Assembly: GCA_009927005.1 (NCBI GenBank)
Contig: RFNV01000210.1
Coordinates: 5,725-69,724 of the forward strand
Source: Pseudomonadota bacterium
GTDB lineage: Bacteria; Bdellovibrionota; FAC87; UBA2466
Length of the DNA: 64,000 nucleotides
Direction of reading: 5' to 3'
In this document: positions 18,600 to 29,026 of the stretch, in pieces
Position numbering within the stretch: position 1 is the first letter of the stretch
Layout of the letters: every line of letters begins with the position of its first letter
Notes under the pieces: model-generated
Databases searched by the model: none
Seen by the model: the letters and a program-made list of their open reading frames with translations, nothing else
What the model was told of the DNA's origin: nothing
Made by a program: the position numbers and the translations under genes

Positions 18600-19907
18600 T
18601 TAGTGGACGGTTTCTTCTCCAAGAGAGGGTGCCGTCCACATTTTTTCCCCCTCTACCTTCGTCAACGTCAACCTCTTCAACATTTTTGATCGGGCCTCGG
18701 TGGCCACAGTAAGGGTGGGAATGTAATTCTCGGTATGCCCTTGCCAGACGTTTTCACTGCCTTTGCTGAGCTTTTCAAAAATCACTGCTTTTTCCTTTCC
18801 GAGTTGCGACTTTAAGAACTGCTCATATCGCTTGTCACTCAGATCTCTCAAGATCTTAGAACGCTCCGCAATAACCGCTTCGGGAACTTCGGGTTTTAAC
18901 TCTGCTGCAACTGTGCCTCGTCGAGCAGAAAAAGAAAACACATGTAGCTTTGTCCAATATGACTTCTCGAGAAGTTTTACAGTATCTTCAAATTCCTTTT
19001 CCCCTTCACCAGGAAATCCGACAATCACATCGACGCCAACAAAGGTGTCAGGCTGAGCCTCTTTCAACTTTGCGGTGACATCGGAGAATTCATGAGCTTT
19101 GTAAAGACGTCGCATCTTTCGAAGCACTTCATCATTTCCGCTTTGAAGCGCAATGTGGAAGTGAGGACACAAACGTGATTCGTTCTTTAATAAAGCTATC
19201 AGATTGTCGGGGATCTCAAATGGATCTAGCGTGCTAACTCTCACTCGGGGTCCATTTTTTATGTGGAAAATAGACTGCAATAGCTTTGCTAAGTCTGTGT
19301 TTTGGTCCCAGCCGTAGTGGGCCAAGTGAATCCCTGTTAAAACGATTTCCTGAAACCCTTGCGCATGGGCCGCTTCGACTTGTTTCAACACCGTTTCTAG
19401 AGGCAGGCTTCGACTTCTTCCTCTCGCCTCAGGAATAATACAGAAACTGCACTTGTAATTGCATCCATCCTGAATCTTGATCGTAGCTCGGGCATTACGA
19501 GAGCCAGGGAAGTGTTCCGGTAAAAAACCTTTCGCTAACTCCACTTGATCTTTTTCTATTTTTCCCGTGCGGAATGCTTCTTCGAAATAATCGAGGGTCT
19601 TAAATTTATTGGCGGTTCCCACCAAAAAATCCACTTCGGGTAGTTTAAGTAATTCCTCTCGGCCGACTTGGGCATAACAACCAACCAAAGCAACCAGAGC
19701 CCCTTGATTCTGTCTCTTAAAGCGATTCGCCTGGTGGCGAGCATCTCGATCGGCATTTTCAGTAACGGTGCAGGTATTGATCACGTAAGCGTCAGCAGGC
19801 TCAGTCTCAGAAACAGGAACAAATCCTCTTCGAACTGCTTCCAAATACAAAGCGTCGGTATCGTTACTATTTGCTCTACATCCAAATGTCTTAAAGGCAA
19901 TGCGCAT
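18600..19907 (-). CDS. MiaB/RimO-family radical-SAM methylthiotransferase (MtaB-like)
   Basis: 435 aa. N-terminal MTTase domain (FGCRANSNDTDAL) and radical-SAM CxxxCxxC (CNYKCSFCIIP). The size fits MtaB. Confidence 0.85.
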   Translation of the reverse strand: MRIAFKTFGCRANSNDTDALYLEAVRRGFVPVSETEPADAYVINTCTVTENADRDARHQANRFKRQNQGALVALVGCYAQVGREELLKLPEVDFLVGTANKFKTLDYFEEAFRTGKIEKDQVELAKGFLPEHFPGSRNARATIKIQDGCNYKCSFCIIPEARGRSRSLPLETVLKQVEAAHAQGFQEIVLTGIHLAHYGWDQNTDLAKLLQSIFHIKNGPRVRVSTLDPFEIPDNLIALLKNESRLCPHFHIALQSGNDEVLRKMRRLYKAHEFSDVTAKLKEAQPDTFVGVDVIVGFPGEGEKEFEDTVKLLEKSYWTKLHVFSFSARRGTVAAELKPEVPEAVIAERSKILRDLSDKRYEQFLKSQLGKEKAVIFEKLSKGSENVWQGHTENYIPTLTVATEARSKMLKRLTLTKVEGEKMWTAPSLGEETVH

Positions 19908-19909
19908 AG

Positions 19910-21031
19910 TTACTGGATAGACAAGTCCTCGATCCAGCCTCCCCCTAAAACTTTTTCACCTTCGTAAAAAACCATCGCCTGTCCTGGAGTAATGGCTCGT
20001 TGAGGAATCTCAAATCGAACATCCAGTTTTCCATCCGGTCGGGGCACTATTTCTACGGGACTTTCTTTGGCTCGATACCGAATCTTTGCACAAAGTTTTC
20101 GAGGCTGAGTGATTGGATCGTTGATCCAGTTCAAAGTAGAAACAAGGGCCGATTTTCTAAATAGATTTTGCTCGGGACCAACCACCACTTCATTGGTTTT
20201 CCCTCTCAAAGCCAAAACAAAAAGAGGCTCTTTACCAAAAACTCCTAAGCCCTTTCGCTGGCCAATTGTAAATTGATGGAGACCCGTGTGCTGTCCCAAA
20301 ACCCGCCCTTCCGGATCGACAATATTGCCTGGCTTCAGAAGTTCTTTAGGCACTTCTTCTTCAATAAAATCCTTGTAACTTTTTGCCTGTACAAAGCAAA
20401 TTTCCTGGCTATCTGGTTTATTAGCTACAAGTAACCCGTACTTCACAGCCAAATCGCGAACTACTTTTTTCTCAAAACCACCAATGGGAAATAGAGTGCG
20501 GGCAAGATCTTCTTGTTTCATCGCAAACAAAAAGTAGGACTGGTCTTTGTCGACATCTCCTCCTTTGAAGAGCTCCATCTGATTGGTTTCTGAATTGGGA
20601 ATCACAGTGGCGTAATGGCCAGTCGCCAAATAATCCGCCCCCAAATCGAGAGCCCAATCCATCAACTGTCTAAACTTAACTTTTTCGTTGCATCGGATAC
20701 ACGGATTAGGAGTTCGGCCGTTCAGGTATTCTTGAATAAAATCATCTACGACCGCCTGACGAAACTCTTCTTCCATGTTGTTCACATAAAAGGGAATCTT
20801 AAGTTTCTCAGCGACCCTTCGCGCATCCATAATATCGCTTAGGGAACAACACGTTCCAAATTCGTTTTCAATTTTTTCGGCCATGTCATGAAGTTGAAGG
20901 GAAATGCCGATCACTTCATGTCCCTGCTCTTTCAACCATCCAGCAGTAACAGAACTATCAACTCCCCCACTCATCGCCACGACGATGCGGGAAGGTTTTT
21001 CAGGAACAAAATTGGGGATAATACTACTCAT
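19910..21031 (-). CDS. mnmA: tRNA-specific 2-thiouridylase MnmA
   Basis: PP-loop VAMSGGVDSSV, catalytic Cys region and 373-aa length are typical of MnmA. Confidence 0.9.
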   Translation of the reverse strand: MSSIIPNFVPEKPSRIVVAMSGGVDSSVTAGWLKEQGHEVIGISLQLHDMAEKIENEFGTCCSLSDIMDARRVAEKLKIPFYVNNMEEEFRQAVVDDFIQEYLNGRTPNPCIRCNEKVKFRQLMDWALDLGADYLATGHYATVIPNSETNQMELFKGGDVDKDQSYFLFAMKQEDLARTLFPIGGFEKKVVRDLAVKYGLLVANKPDSQEICFVQAKSYKDFIEEEVPKELLKPGNIVDPEGRVLGQHTGLHQFTIGQRKGLGVFGKEPLFVLALRGKTNEVVVGPEQNLFRKSALVSTLNWINDPITQPRKLCAKIRYRAKESPVEIVPRPDGKLDVRFEIPQRAITPGQAMVFYEGEKVLGGGWIEDLSIQ

Positions 21032-22170
21032 GCTTTCCGTTTCCTGTCTCGAATCCGTGTCACGTGCTTTATCACAGCCTGAAGAACGGTGTCGACTTCC
21101 TCGCGGCTAGTTGTTTTTCCCCAAGAAAATCGAAGACACTCCTTGGCTTCCTGCTTGTTCAAGCCCATCGCTAGAAGAACATGGCTTGGGCTGATTGAGC
21201 CCGAGGAACAAGCGGATCCAGCGGATACGCTAATTCCTTCTAAATCTAAAGCACCTAGCAGAACCTCTGACGCAATCCCCTCAAATCGAATGCTCGAAGT
21301 ATTGGAAATTCTTTTAACATCTGCTCCATTAAGGCTGACACCAGGAAGCGTTTCTAACAGGGTCTTTTCAAAACTGTCTCTTAGGATTCTGACTTTTTCA
21401 ATTTGATCAGGGGTGGAAATCTCCGAAGCTGCCCCTCCAAACCCTAAAAGTCCAACCACATTCTCAGTTCCACCCCGCCGTTTAATTTCCTGAGCTCCCC
21501 CATAGTGAGTAGCGACTAGAGGCGTACCTCTTCGCACAATCAGAGCGCCTGCCCCTTTGGGCCCGAAAATTTTGTGTGCTGTAATTGAAATCAAATCACA
21601 AAAGTTCCATTCTTCTGGAGAAACTTTTCCGAAAGCTTGAACGGCATCTGTATGCAGGATGATTCCCCGTTGCTGGCAAATCTGGAAAATTTCTTTTAAG
21701 GGGAACAGCACGCCAGTCTCATTGTTCGCAGCCATCACTGAAACCAAAGTGGGACGAAATTCAGTTATTTGGCTTTCAAAAACCTCTAAGTCGAAAAGCC
21801 CAGACCGCTTAACTTGCAAATAATCCACAGGAACCCCTTGTTCCTGTAACAGGCCTGCGGTATCTCGCACTGACGAATGCTCTACGGTGGTTGTTAAAAG
21901 ACGCATTTGGGGGGCTTTAAGAAAAAAAGAGCCCATTAAGGCCAGGGTATTTGCTTCACTTCCTCCCGAAGTGAAAACGACTTCGAGTGGGAAAACCCCC
22001 GCCGCCCGAGCCACAAAGCACCTACTTTCTTCAATTATTTCATTGGCTTGTCTTCCGTGCGAATGGCTAGAAGAGGGATTGCCCCAAATCTCAAAGGCTC
22101 TGGCCATCGAGTTTCTAGAAACCACACTGAGGGGGGTTGTGGCATTAAAATCTGCATAAATCCGGTTCAT
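21028..22170 (-). CDS. cysteine desulfurase (NifS/IscS family, class V aminotransferase)
   Basis: FTSGGSEANTLAL, the PLP-lysine region SITAHKIFGPKGAGAL and the active-site Cys loop SAGSACSSG are present. Overlaps the mnmA start. Confidence 0.9.
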   Translation of the reverse strand: MNRIYADFNATTPLSVVSRNSMARAFEIWGNPSSSHSHGRQANEIIEESRCFVARAAGVFPLEVVFTSGGSEANTLALMGSFFLKAPQMRLLTTTVEHSSVRDTAGLLQEQGVPVDYLQVKRSGLFDLEVFESQITEFRPTLVSVMAANNETGVLFPLKEIFQICQQRGIILHTDAVQAFGKVSPEEWNFCDLISITAHKIFGPKGAGALIVRRGTPLVATHYGGAQEIKRRGGTENVVGLLGFGGAASEISTPDQIEKVRILRDSFEKTLLETLPGVSLNGADVKRISNTSSIRFEGIASEVLLGALDLEGISVSAGSACSSGSISPSHVLLAMGLNKQEAKECLRFSWGKTTSREEVDTVLQAVIKHVTRIRDRKRKA

Positions 22171-22273
22171 GACGCGCCTAATCTAACTGAAAAGCTTTCC
22201 AAGCGCTAGTCTTCGCCAGATTTCCCTTGGAAATCTAGACCCCGAGCGGCTTTCCGGCTAGTGTGGGGGCCCT

Positions 22274-24487
22274 ATGGCCAAGCTCCAAAAAGCAGAATCC
22301 AAGCGCAGAAAAAGAGAGCGAATTATTAGCGCCGTTATTTTTTGCCTCGTTTTGGCGTTCACTGCAGTGGAAGTCCATCTTTTTCGCCTGTCCTCGAAAC
22401 TGCCGTTTGTGAACAGTATTTTCTTCTTTGGTCTCATGAACCTCAACATCGTGCTCATCATGGTGTTGCTTTTCTTGGTTTTTAGAAACGTCATCAAGCT
22501 TATTTTGGACGAGCGCCGGGGAAGAATAGGCTCCAGACTAAAAACCCGATTGGTATTTTGCTTTACCCTTTTCGCCATTATTCCAACGGTTCTTTTGTTT
22601 TCGATTTCCGCCTTCTATATCAAAAGTAGTTTTGATAAATGGTTCAATTTAAGGATTGGAGAAACTCTCCAGAGAAGTATCGATGTCGTAAAGAACTATT
22701 ACGAAAACACTGAAAGTTCGGCTTCCCACTTTGCAAAAAAAATCGCAATTCAACTCAAGGATGATTCTTTAGATCCACAAAATGTTTCGAAAAAACTTGA
22801 AACTTCTCGTCTTGAATATGGATTGGATGCAGTGGAATTTTACTCAGATCCTATTTCCGCTCCGATTATTACGGCTTCAAAGGAAAAGCGTCAGTTTATT
22901 CCTCCGATAGCTAAGGATACTCTCATGGAGAGTTTCAAAGGTTCTAATCAGTGCCGTGTGCTCGGCTTGGGCCAAGGAGAACTGGTACGGTGTAGTGCCT
23001 TCTTGGGGCCCGGTCGAGGAGTCATTTTTGCTAATCACTTCATTCCTCTAAGCTTGGCTTCGCAGCTCTCTGAAATCAATGTGACCTACCAAGACTTTAA
23101 AGCAGATAATCCTCTCAATTATCCGATCAAATCGACTTATTTTACTCTTTTGACTGTGGTCACTTTATTGATCCTTTTCACGGCTTCTTGGACGGGCTTC
23201 TATGTAGCGCGACGTTTGACTGGCCCCATTGAAAGCCTAGCTCGCGGAACTACTGCAGTTGCAAAGGGAGATTTGGATTACACCATGAGTGCCTCGGGAG
23301 CGGATGAGCTTTCCCAACTCGTGAACTCGTTTAATGAGATGGTGACTCAATTAAAGAACAACAAACAACAAATTGAACTGTCACAGCATTCGCTAAGACA
23401 AATGACGGAGGAATCCAATCACAGACGAAGATACATTGAAGTGCTTCTGGAAAGCGTCGATTCCGGAGTTGTATCGATTGATGAATCGGGAAAAATCACC
23501 ATGATCAACCCAGCTGCTTCAGAGCTCCTGGGAATCGGCTCCCAAGAAATTTTGGGGAAACCTTTTTGGGAACTGATACCGGGAAGTCAGCAAAGCGATT
23601 ACCGTGAGTTGTTGTTATCGGTTTATCAAAGCTCAAAACCCGTCAAAAGAGAAATTCAAATCCAGAATATAAACAAAGAGAGAATTACCGTTTTGGTCAC
23701 CCTCTCTGTTTTAAGAGATGAATCAAAAAAGCCCCTCGGGGTTGTTGCAGTCTTTGCAAACGTAAGTGAAATTCAAAAAATGGAGCGAATGATGGCTTGG
23801 CGAGAAGTAGCCAAGAGAATTGCTCACGAAATAAAAAACCCACTCACTCCTATCCAGCTTTCTGTTCAACGGCTTCGAAGAAGATACCTGGACAAAATCC
23901 AGGACGACGGCACCTTCGATAAAAGCACTCAAATCGTTCTCACTGAAGTTGAATCGCTAAAAAACTTAGTAGGAGAATTTTCTGCTTTTGCAAGAATGCC
24001 GGAAATTAGACAAACCCCAGAAAACCTAAACTCGATAGCACTCGAAACGGTCAATCTCTATCGGGCTGCCCACGAGGGAGTAAAGTTTGATCTCCAATTA
24101 GATGATTCTCTTGCAGAGCTTCGTTTAGATAAGAGCCAAGTAAAAAGGGCCCTGATTAATTTATTTGATAATGCAGTAGCTGCTATGTCCGGCCAGGGAA
24201 CGATCACACTCTCGACCATTGATGATGCAAGTGCAGATGTTATTAGCCTTGCTGTTTGTGATAGCGGCTGTGGAATTGCTGAAATACATAGCCAACTCTT
24301 TGAACCTTACTTTTCGACTAAACCGGGAGGCACGGGGTTAGGCCTTGTCATTGTTCAAAGAATTATGACCGATCATGGCGGCACTATTCGAATGCTGGCT
24401 AACCAACCCAAAGGAACAAAAGTTGTCCTTGAGTTCCCAAGAAGTTTAAAGCTTTCAATTTCTGAGGAGATGCCGGCATGGTCTTAA
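22274..24487 (+). CDS. ntrY: NtrY-like sensor histidine kinase (TM-HAMP-PAS-HisKA-HATPase)
   Basis: 737 aa. N-terminal TM helices, HAMP region, PAS region (ESVDSGVVSIDESGKITMINPAA), H-box AHEIKNPLTPIQLS, and N/G boxes (NLFDNAVAAM, GGTGLGLVIVQRIM). Overlaps the downstream sigma-54 regulator by 10 nt. Confidence 0.8.
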   Translation: MAKLQKAESKRRKRERIISAVIFCLVLAFTAVEVHLFRLSSKLPFVNSIFFFGLMNLNIVLIMVLLFLVFRNVIKLILDERRGRIGSRLKTRLVFCFTLFAIIPTVLLFSISAFYIKSSFDKWFNLRIGETLQRSIDVVKNYYENTESSASHFAKKIAIQLKDDSLDPQNVSKKLETSRLEYGLDAVEFYSDPISAPIITASKEKRQFIPPIAKDTLMESFKGSNQCRVLGLGQGELVRCSAFLGPGRGVIFANHFIPLSLASQLSEINVTYQDFKADNPLNYPIKSTYFTLLTVVTLLILFTASWTGFYVARRLTGPIESLARGTTAVAKGDLDYTMSASGADELSQLVNSFNEMVTQLKNNKQQIELSQHSLRQMTEESNHRRRYIEVLLESVDSGVVSIDESGKITMINPAASELLGIGSQEILGKPFWELIPGSQQSDYRELLLSVYQSSKPVKREIQIQNINKERITVLVTLSVLRDESKKPLGVVAVFANVSEIQKMERMMAWREVAKRIAHEIKNPLTPIQLSVQRLRRRYLDKIQDDGTFDKSTQIVLTEVESLKNLVGEFSAFARMPEIRQTPENLNSIALETVNLYRAAHEGVKFDLQLDDSLAELRLDKSQVKRALINLFDNAVAAMSGQGTITLSTIDDASADVISLAVCDSGCGIAEIHSQLFEPYFSTKPGGTGLGLVIVQRIMTDHGGTIRMLANQPKGTKVVLEFPRSLKLSISEEMPAWS

Positions 24488-25839
24488 AAAAGATTTTGAT
24501 CATCGACGATGAGGAAAACATTCTTGCATCCCTCAAGGGCGTTCTGGAAGACGAACAGTTCGTTGTTGAAACTGCCAAATCTGGCTCGCAGGGATTGTTG
24601 AAAATCAAAAAATTTCAACCCGACATCGTTCTCTTGGATATTTGGATGCCAGAAGATGATGGCCTACAAGTTTTAGAAAAGATAAAGCGCGCTTTTCCGG
24701 AACAAGTCGTCATCATGATGTCAGGCCACGGAACCGTGGAAACTGCGGTCAAAGCGATTAAATTGGGTGCCTTTGATTTTGTTGAAAAACCGATTCACTT
24801 CGACAAGCTCTTAGTGATGTTAGAGCACGCTTTCGAAATGAAAGCTCTTAAGAGTGAAAATAAAATTTTGAGAGATGCCATCGAAGAAGATGAGCAGCTT
24901 ATCGGAACTAGCCTTCCCATGGTCCGACTCAAACAGCTTGTCCAGTTAACGGCTCCTTCGAATGGTTGGGTAGTGATTCAGGGTGAAAATGGCACGGGAA
25001 AAGAGCTCATTGCAAAGACCCTCCATCGAGAAAGCCCCAGAGCAAAAGAACGATTTGTTGCCGTCAATTGTGCTGCCATTCCCGATGAACTCATTGAGAG
25101 TGAGTTGTTTGGGCACGAAAAGGGAAGTTTTACCGGGGCCCACGAGAGAAAGATCGGAAAATTCGAATTGGCAAATGGCGGCACACTATTTTTGGACGAG
25201 GTCGGAGATATGGGTCCAAAGATGCAATCTAAGATCCTTCGGGCTTTAGAAGAGTGCGTGATCCAGCGAGTTGGGGGGCAGGACTTAATTGAACTTGATT
25301 TACGGGTGGTAGCCGCAACTAATAAGGACCTGAAACGAGAAATTAAGCATGGAAACTTCCGAGAAGACCTTTTCTACCGGCTCAATGTGATCCCAATCAC
25401 CGTGCCCACTTTAAGGGAACGCAGGGAGGACATTCCCCTTCTGGTTGAACATTTTATTAAGCGGTTTTCGTCTGGAAAACCGTTTCCGATGGCCAAGAAC
25501 GCTCTGTCTGTGCTGCAATCCTATCCCTGGCCCGGAAATATCAGAGAATTAAAAAATTGGGTTGAGCGAGCCTGCATCCTTTCGGGCGGAGATGTGTTAG
25601 ATTGGTCTGAAATTGCAAGTTTTGATGCCCCAGTCGTAGCTGAAGAGTCGACGGGCCAAGAGGATAAAACATTGCGAGAAGCTCGAGCCAGTTTTGAGAA
25701 GCAATTCATTTTGAAAGTTCTATCTGAGAACGGTGGCAATATCTCAAAGACTGCTCAGCATATTGGAGTAGAACGAAGTCATCTTCACAAGAAGATAAAA
25801 GCTTATGGAATTGATATTTCTGATCAAGGGGGAAATTAA
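24478..25839 (+). CDS. ntrX: sigma-54-dependent response regulator (NtrX/NtrC family)
   Basis: Receiver domain (DDEENIL...LLDIWMP), AAA+ sigma-54 activator motifs GENGTGKELIAKTLH, ESELFGHEKGSFTGA, GGTLFLDEVGDM, and a C-terminal HTH. Confidence 0.85.
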   Translation: MVLKKILIIDDEENILASLKGVLEDEQFVVETAKSGSQGLLKIKKFQPDIVLLDIWMPEDDGLQVLEKIKRAFPEQVVIMMSGHGTVETAVKAIKLGAFDFVEKPIHFDKLLVMLEHAFEMKALKSENKILRDAIEEDEQLIGTSLPMVRLKQLVQLTAPSNGWVVIQGENGTGKELIAKTLHRESPRAKERFVAVNCAAIPDELIESELFGHEKGSFTGAHERKIGKFELANGGTLFLDEVGDMGPKMQSKILRALEECVIQRVGGQDLIELDLRVVAATNKDLKREIKHGNFREDLFYRLNVIPITVPTLRERREDIPLLVEHFIKRFSSGKPFPMAKNALSVLQSYPWPGNIRELKNWVERACILSGGDVLDWSEIASFDAPVVAEESTGQEDKTLREARASFEKQFILKVLSENGGNISKTAQHIGVERSHLHKKIKAYGIDISDQGGN

Positions 25840-26909
25840 TGCTTAACTTAATTCAAGGAATTTCTAGAAGGCGAACCCGAGAAATTACTGTGGGCAAACT
25901 AAAACTTGGGGGCAGCAACCCAATTCGCGTGCAGTCAATGACCACACCCAAAACCGAGGACGTTGAAGCCGTTCTGAAACAAATTCAGGACCTCACCACT
26001 GCGGGCTGTGAAATTGTGCGCGTAACGGTCAACGATCAAGATGCGGCAAACGCCCTGCCCTCCATTCTTCAAAAAGTAGCCATACCGGTTGTTGCTGACA
26101 TCCATTTCGACTACAAAATGGCCTTGGAATCGCTCAAACATGGAGTGGATTGCGTTCGAATCAATCCGGGTAATATCGGTGCCGAATGGAAAACCGAAGA
26201 AGTCATCAAAGCAGCAAGAGATCTAGGCAAAGCAGTTCGAATTGGCGTTAACGCAGGCTCTCTCGAAAAACCTCTTTTGAAAAAATACGGGCATCCAACC
26301 CCCGAGGCGCTAGTAGAAAGCGCAATGAATGCAATCGAACTAGTTGAAAAACAAAATTTCTTTAACTTCAAAGTTTCGATTAAATCTTCAGACGTCATCA
26401 ATAACTACCGAGCTTATTCATTATTATCGGAAAGAACTGAAGCCCCTCTCCACTTGGGGGTGACCGAGTCGGGAACAAAGACCTACGGGTCGATCAAATC
26501 CGCGGTCGGTATCGGGTCCCTTTTATTGGCTGGAATTGGGGATACCATCCGTGTTTCCCTCAGTTGCGATCCAGTAGATGAAGTCAAAGCAGGGGTTTAT
26601 ATTTTAAAGAGCCTCGGGCTTAAGAACGACATGCCCGAAATTATTGCGTGCCCGAGTTGTGGACGAGCTGATATTGACGTCTACAGTCTGGCGGAAGAAG
26701 TCGAGCGACGAGCGTTGGGGCTTGGAAAAAACATCAAGATCGCTGTCATGGGTTGCGTTGTGAACGGCCCCGGAGAGTCGATGGAGGCTGACATCGGTAT
26801 CGCCGGCGGAAAAGGCGAAGGCCTTGTTTACAAGAAGGGAAAGCCAATCGGAAAAGTTCCTGAAGCCCAAATGCTAGATTTTTTGATGAGCGAAATTGAG
26901 AGGATGTAA
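25839..26909 (+). CDS. ispG: 4-hydroxy-3-methylbut-2-enyl diphosphate synthase IspG (GcpE)
   Basis: 356 aa. TIM-barrel N-domain and C-terminal Cys cluster (CPSCGR...GCVVNGPGE) typical of IspG. Start overlaps the ntrX stop. Confidence 0.9.
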   Translation: MLNLIQGISRRRTREITVGKLKLGGSNPIRVQSMTTPKTEDVEAVLKQIQDLTTAGCEIVRVTVNDQDAANALPSILQKVAIPVVADIHFDYKMALESLKHGVDCVRINPGNIGAEWKTEEVIKAARDLGKAVRIGVNAGSLEKPLLKKYGHPTPEALVESAMNAIELVEKQNFFNFKVSIKSSDVINNYRAYSLLSERTEAPLHLGVTESGTKTYGSIKSAVGIGSLLLAGIGDTIRVSLSCDPVDEVKAGVYILKSLGLKNDMPEIIACPSCGRADIDVYSLAEEVERRALGLGKNIKIAVMGCVVNGPGESMEADIGIAGGKGEGLVYKKGKPIGKVPEAQMLDFLMSEIERM

Positions 26910-26914
26910 AAGTC

Positions 26915-28342
26915 ATGGCAGATAGAATCACTCCTAGAGAAGAAGACTTTTCACAATGGTATTTGGACATCATCCAACACGCCAAGCTTGCCGATCAAGC
27001 TCCGGTCCGAGGCTGCCTTGTTTTGCGACCCAATGGATACGCGCTTTGGGAAGTGGTTCAGGCCGAATTAAACAAAAAGTTTAAAGAAACTGGCCACCAG
27101 AATGCTTATTTCCCGATGTTTATCCCTGAAAGTTTTTTGAATTTGGAAAAAGACCACGTTGAGGGATTTGCCCCACAGTGTGCTGTGGTTACTCATGGAG
27201 GCGGTAAAAAGCTGGAAGAGGCTCTTATTGTTCGCCCCACTTCTGAAACCATCATCAATAGCATGTACTCTAAGTGGATTAAGAGCTATCGCGATCTCCC
27301 TCTCCTTATTAATCAGTGGGCTAACGTTTGTCGTTGGGAAATGAGAACTCGTCCGTTCTTAAGGACGATGGAATTTTTATGGCAAGAAGGGCACACTTGT
27401 CATGAAACTGAGGATGATGCTCGAAAAGAAACACTCAGAATGCTCGACATCTATTTGAGTTTTGTCCGAGATGTTTTTGCCATTCCGGTCATTCCGGGCA
27501 AAAAGACAGAGAGTGAAAAGTTTGCAGGAGCTGAAGAAACCTACTGTTTAGAAGCCATGATGCAAGACAAGAAAGCGCTTCAAGCTGCGACCTCGCATTA
27601 CTTCGGCCAACGGTTTGCTAAAGTATTCGATATCAAGTTCCAAGATCGAAACAGCCAAGTTCAGTATGTCTATCAGACAAGCTGGGGTATCAGCTGGAGA
27701 ATTTTGGGCGCTTTGATCATGACCCATTCTGATGATCAGGGCTTGGTGCTTCCTCCCAAAGCCGCTCCCACTCAAGTGGTGATCGTTCCCATCTTACAAA
27801 AGAACAAAGACAATTCAGCAGTTTTAGAAGCTAGTGAAAAAGTAAAACAACAAATTCAGAAAAATCACACGGTTCATTTAGATGACCGTATTGAACATAG
27901 CCCCGGTTACAAATTCAATGAGTATGAACTGACTGGGATCCCCATGCGAGTGGAAGTGGGCCCACGAGATCTCGCCAATGGATTCTGTGTCTTAGCACGA
28001 CGAGATGGGACCAAAATCCAAGTGCCGTTGGATCAAGTGGGAGAAGAAGTTACAAAGCAACTGGCCGATTTTCAAAAAGCGCTTTATGCAAAAGCTTCGG
28101 ATCGATTGACTCAAAATACTCATATCGAAAATGACTACGGTAGCTTCAAGGAAAAGGTAGACACGGTTGGCGGCTTTTACCAACTTCACTGGTGTGAAAG
28201 CCGAAAGTGCGAAGATCGAATTAAGGACGAAACCAAAGCGACCATTCGATGCGTTCCCTTTGCTCAAATCCGCGAAACAAGTAAGTGTATTTCGTGCGGC
28301 TCGGAGTCTAAAGGCCGAGTCATTTTCGCAAAAAATTACTGA
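26915..28342 (+). CDS. proS: prolyl-tRNA synthetase, archaeal/eukaryotic-type class II
   Basis: 475 aa. Class II motifs are present. Size and the C-terminal zinc-binding region (CVPF...CISCGSE) indicate the archaeal-type ProRS, not the longer bacterial type that carries an editing domain. Confidence 0.88.
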   Translation: MADRITPREEDFSQWYLDIIQHAKLADQAPVRGCLVLRPNGYALWEVVQAELNKKFKETGHQNAYFPMFIPESFLNLEKDHVEGFAPQCAVVTHGGGKKLEEALIVRPTSETIINSMYSKWIKSYRDLPLLINQWANVCRWEMRTRPFLRTMEFLWQEGHTCHETEDDARKETLRMLDIYLSFVRDVFAIPVIPGKKTESEKFAGAEETYCLEAMMQDKKALQAATSHYFGQRFAKVFDIKFQDRNSQVQYVYQTSWGISWRILGALIMTHSDDQGLVLPPKAAPTQVVIVPILQKNKDNSAVLEASEKVKQQIQKNHTVHLDDRIEHSPGYKFNEYELTGIPMRVEVGPRDLANGFCVLARRDGTKIQVPLDQVGEEVTKQLADFQKALYAKASDRLTQNTHIENDYGSFKEKVDTVGGFYQLHWCESRKCEDRIKDETKATIRCVPFAQIRETSKCISCGSESKGRVIFAKNY

Positions 28343-28387
28343 CGCACCCGGCTCACTAAGTTTCTAAAGCGCTGGTATCCTTAGAGG

Positions 28388-29026
28388 ATGCGTTCTCTAT
28401 TTCTTTTCCCCCTGATTCTTAGTTTTGCCTTAACGTGCCTTGCAGCCGAGCCCGAGGACTACAAAAAGCCCGACCTCGATTTTGAAAATCCTGAGACCCT
28501 GATTGATCCGATTGAAGGGATTAAAAATAAGCACTTTGTTCGACGGGCCATCCTCTCCTCAATGGCCAAGAATACGAGCCGATTTGAATTTGAAAGACCG
28601 TACATCAATCACCTGATGGGCTTTAGTGCCGTCTTTCAAAGAACTCTCTTCAGTAAATATGTCACTGGCGTTCAGGCTCTGAGTGTGGGGTACATCACTG
28701 AGGGCGGACATGGGTTTGAAGGTGGGTTTGAGTTTGCGTCTGTAAGCAATATATTCGCAGGGTACCGCCACATCTTTCGACCTGAAACGTTTAGTCTCTG
28801 GCCCTTTTTGGGGGCTGGACTAGGAACTGAGGTCACTGGGTTGCGGTTTGCTGATGGTCCCCCACAGGCCCCTCAATACAATGGATTGCGTCAAATGGCT
28901 TTTGGAACCCTCGGCTTCTTGGTTCCCTTGGTGGATATTGGAATCAAAGCGGAAGCCAGATTCAATTTCTACGGAACCGACCGATTAGTGCTTTCCACGG
29001 GAGTGGGAGTTATTTTCTTCCTCTAG
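28388..29026 (+). CDS. hypothetical secreted or outer-membrane protein
   Basis: 212 aa. Signal peptide. Gly/aromatic-rich beta-strand-like pattern and a hydrophobic C-terminus. Confidence 0.5.
   Translation: MRSLFLFPLILSFALTCLAAEPEDYKKPDLDFENPETLIDPIEGIKNKHFVRRAILSSMAKNTSRFEFERPYINHLMGFSAVFQRTLFSKYVTGVQALSVGYITEGGHGFEGGFEFASVSNIFAGYRHIFRPETFSLWPFLGAGLGTEVTGLRFADGPPQAPQYNGLRQMAFGTLGFLVPLVDIGIKAEARFNFYGTDRLVLSTGVGVIFFL

Noticed and set aside
22171-22273. Possible sigma-54 or regulatory site in the divergent region between the cysteine desulfurase and ntrY-like genes
   Set aside because: No TGGCAC-N5-TTGC element was found by eye. The TGGCAC hexamers elsewhere (about 52961, 59041, 62051) lack a correctly spaced -12 element and lie inside coding regions.
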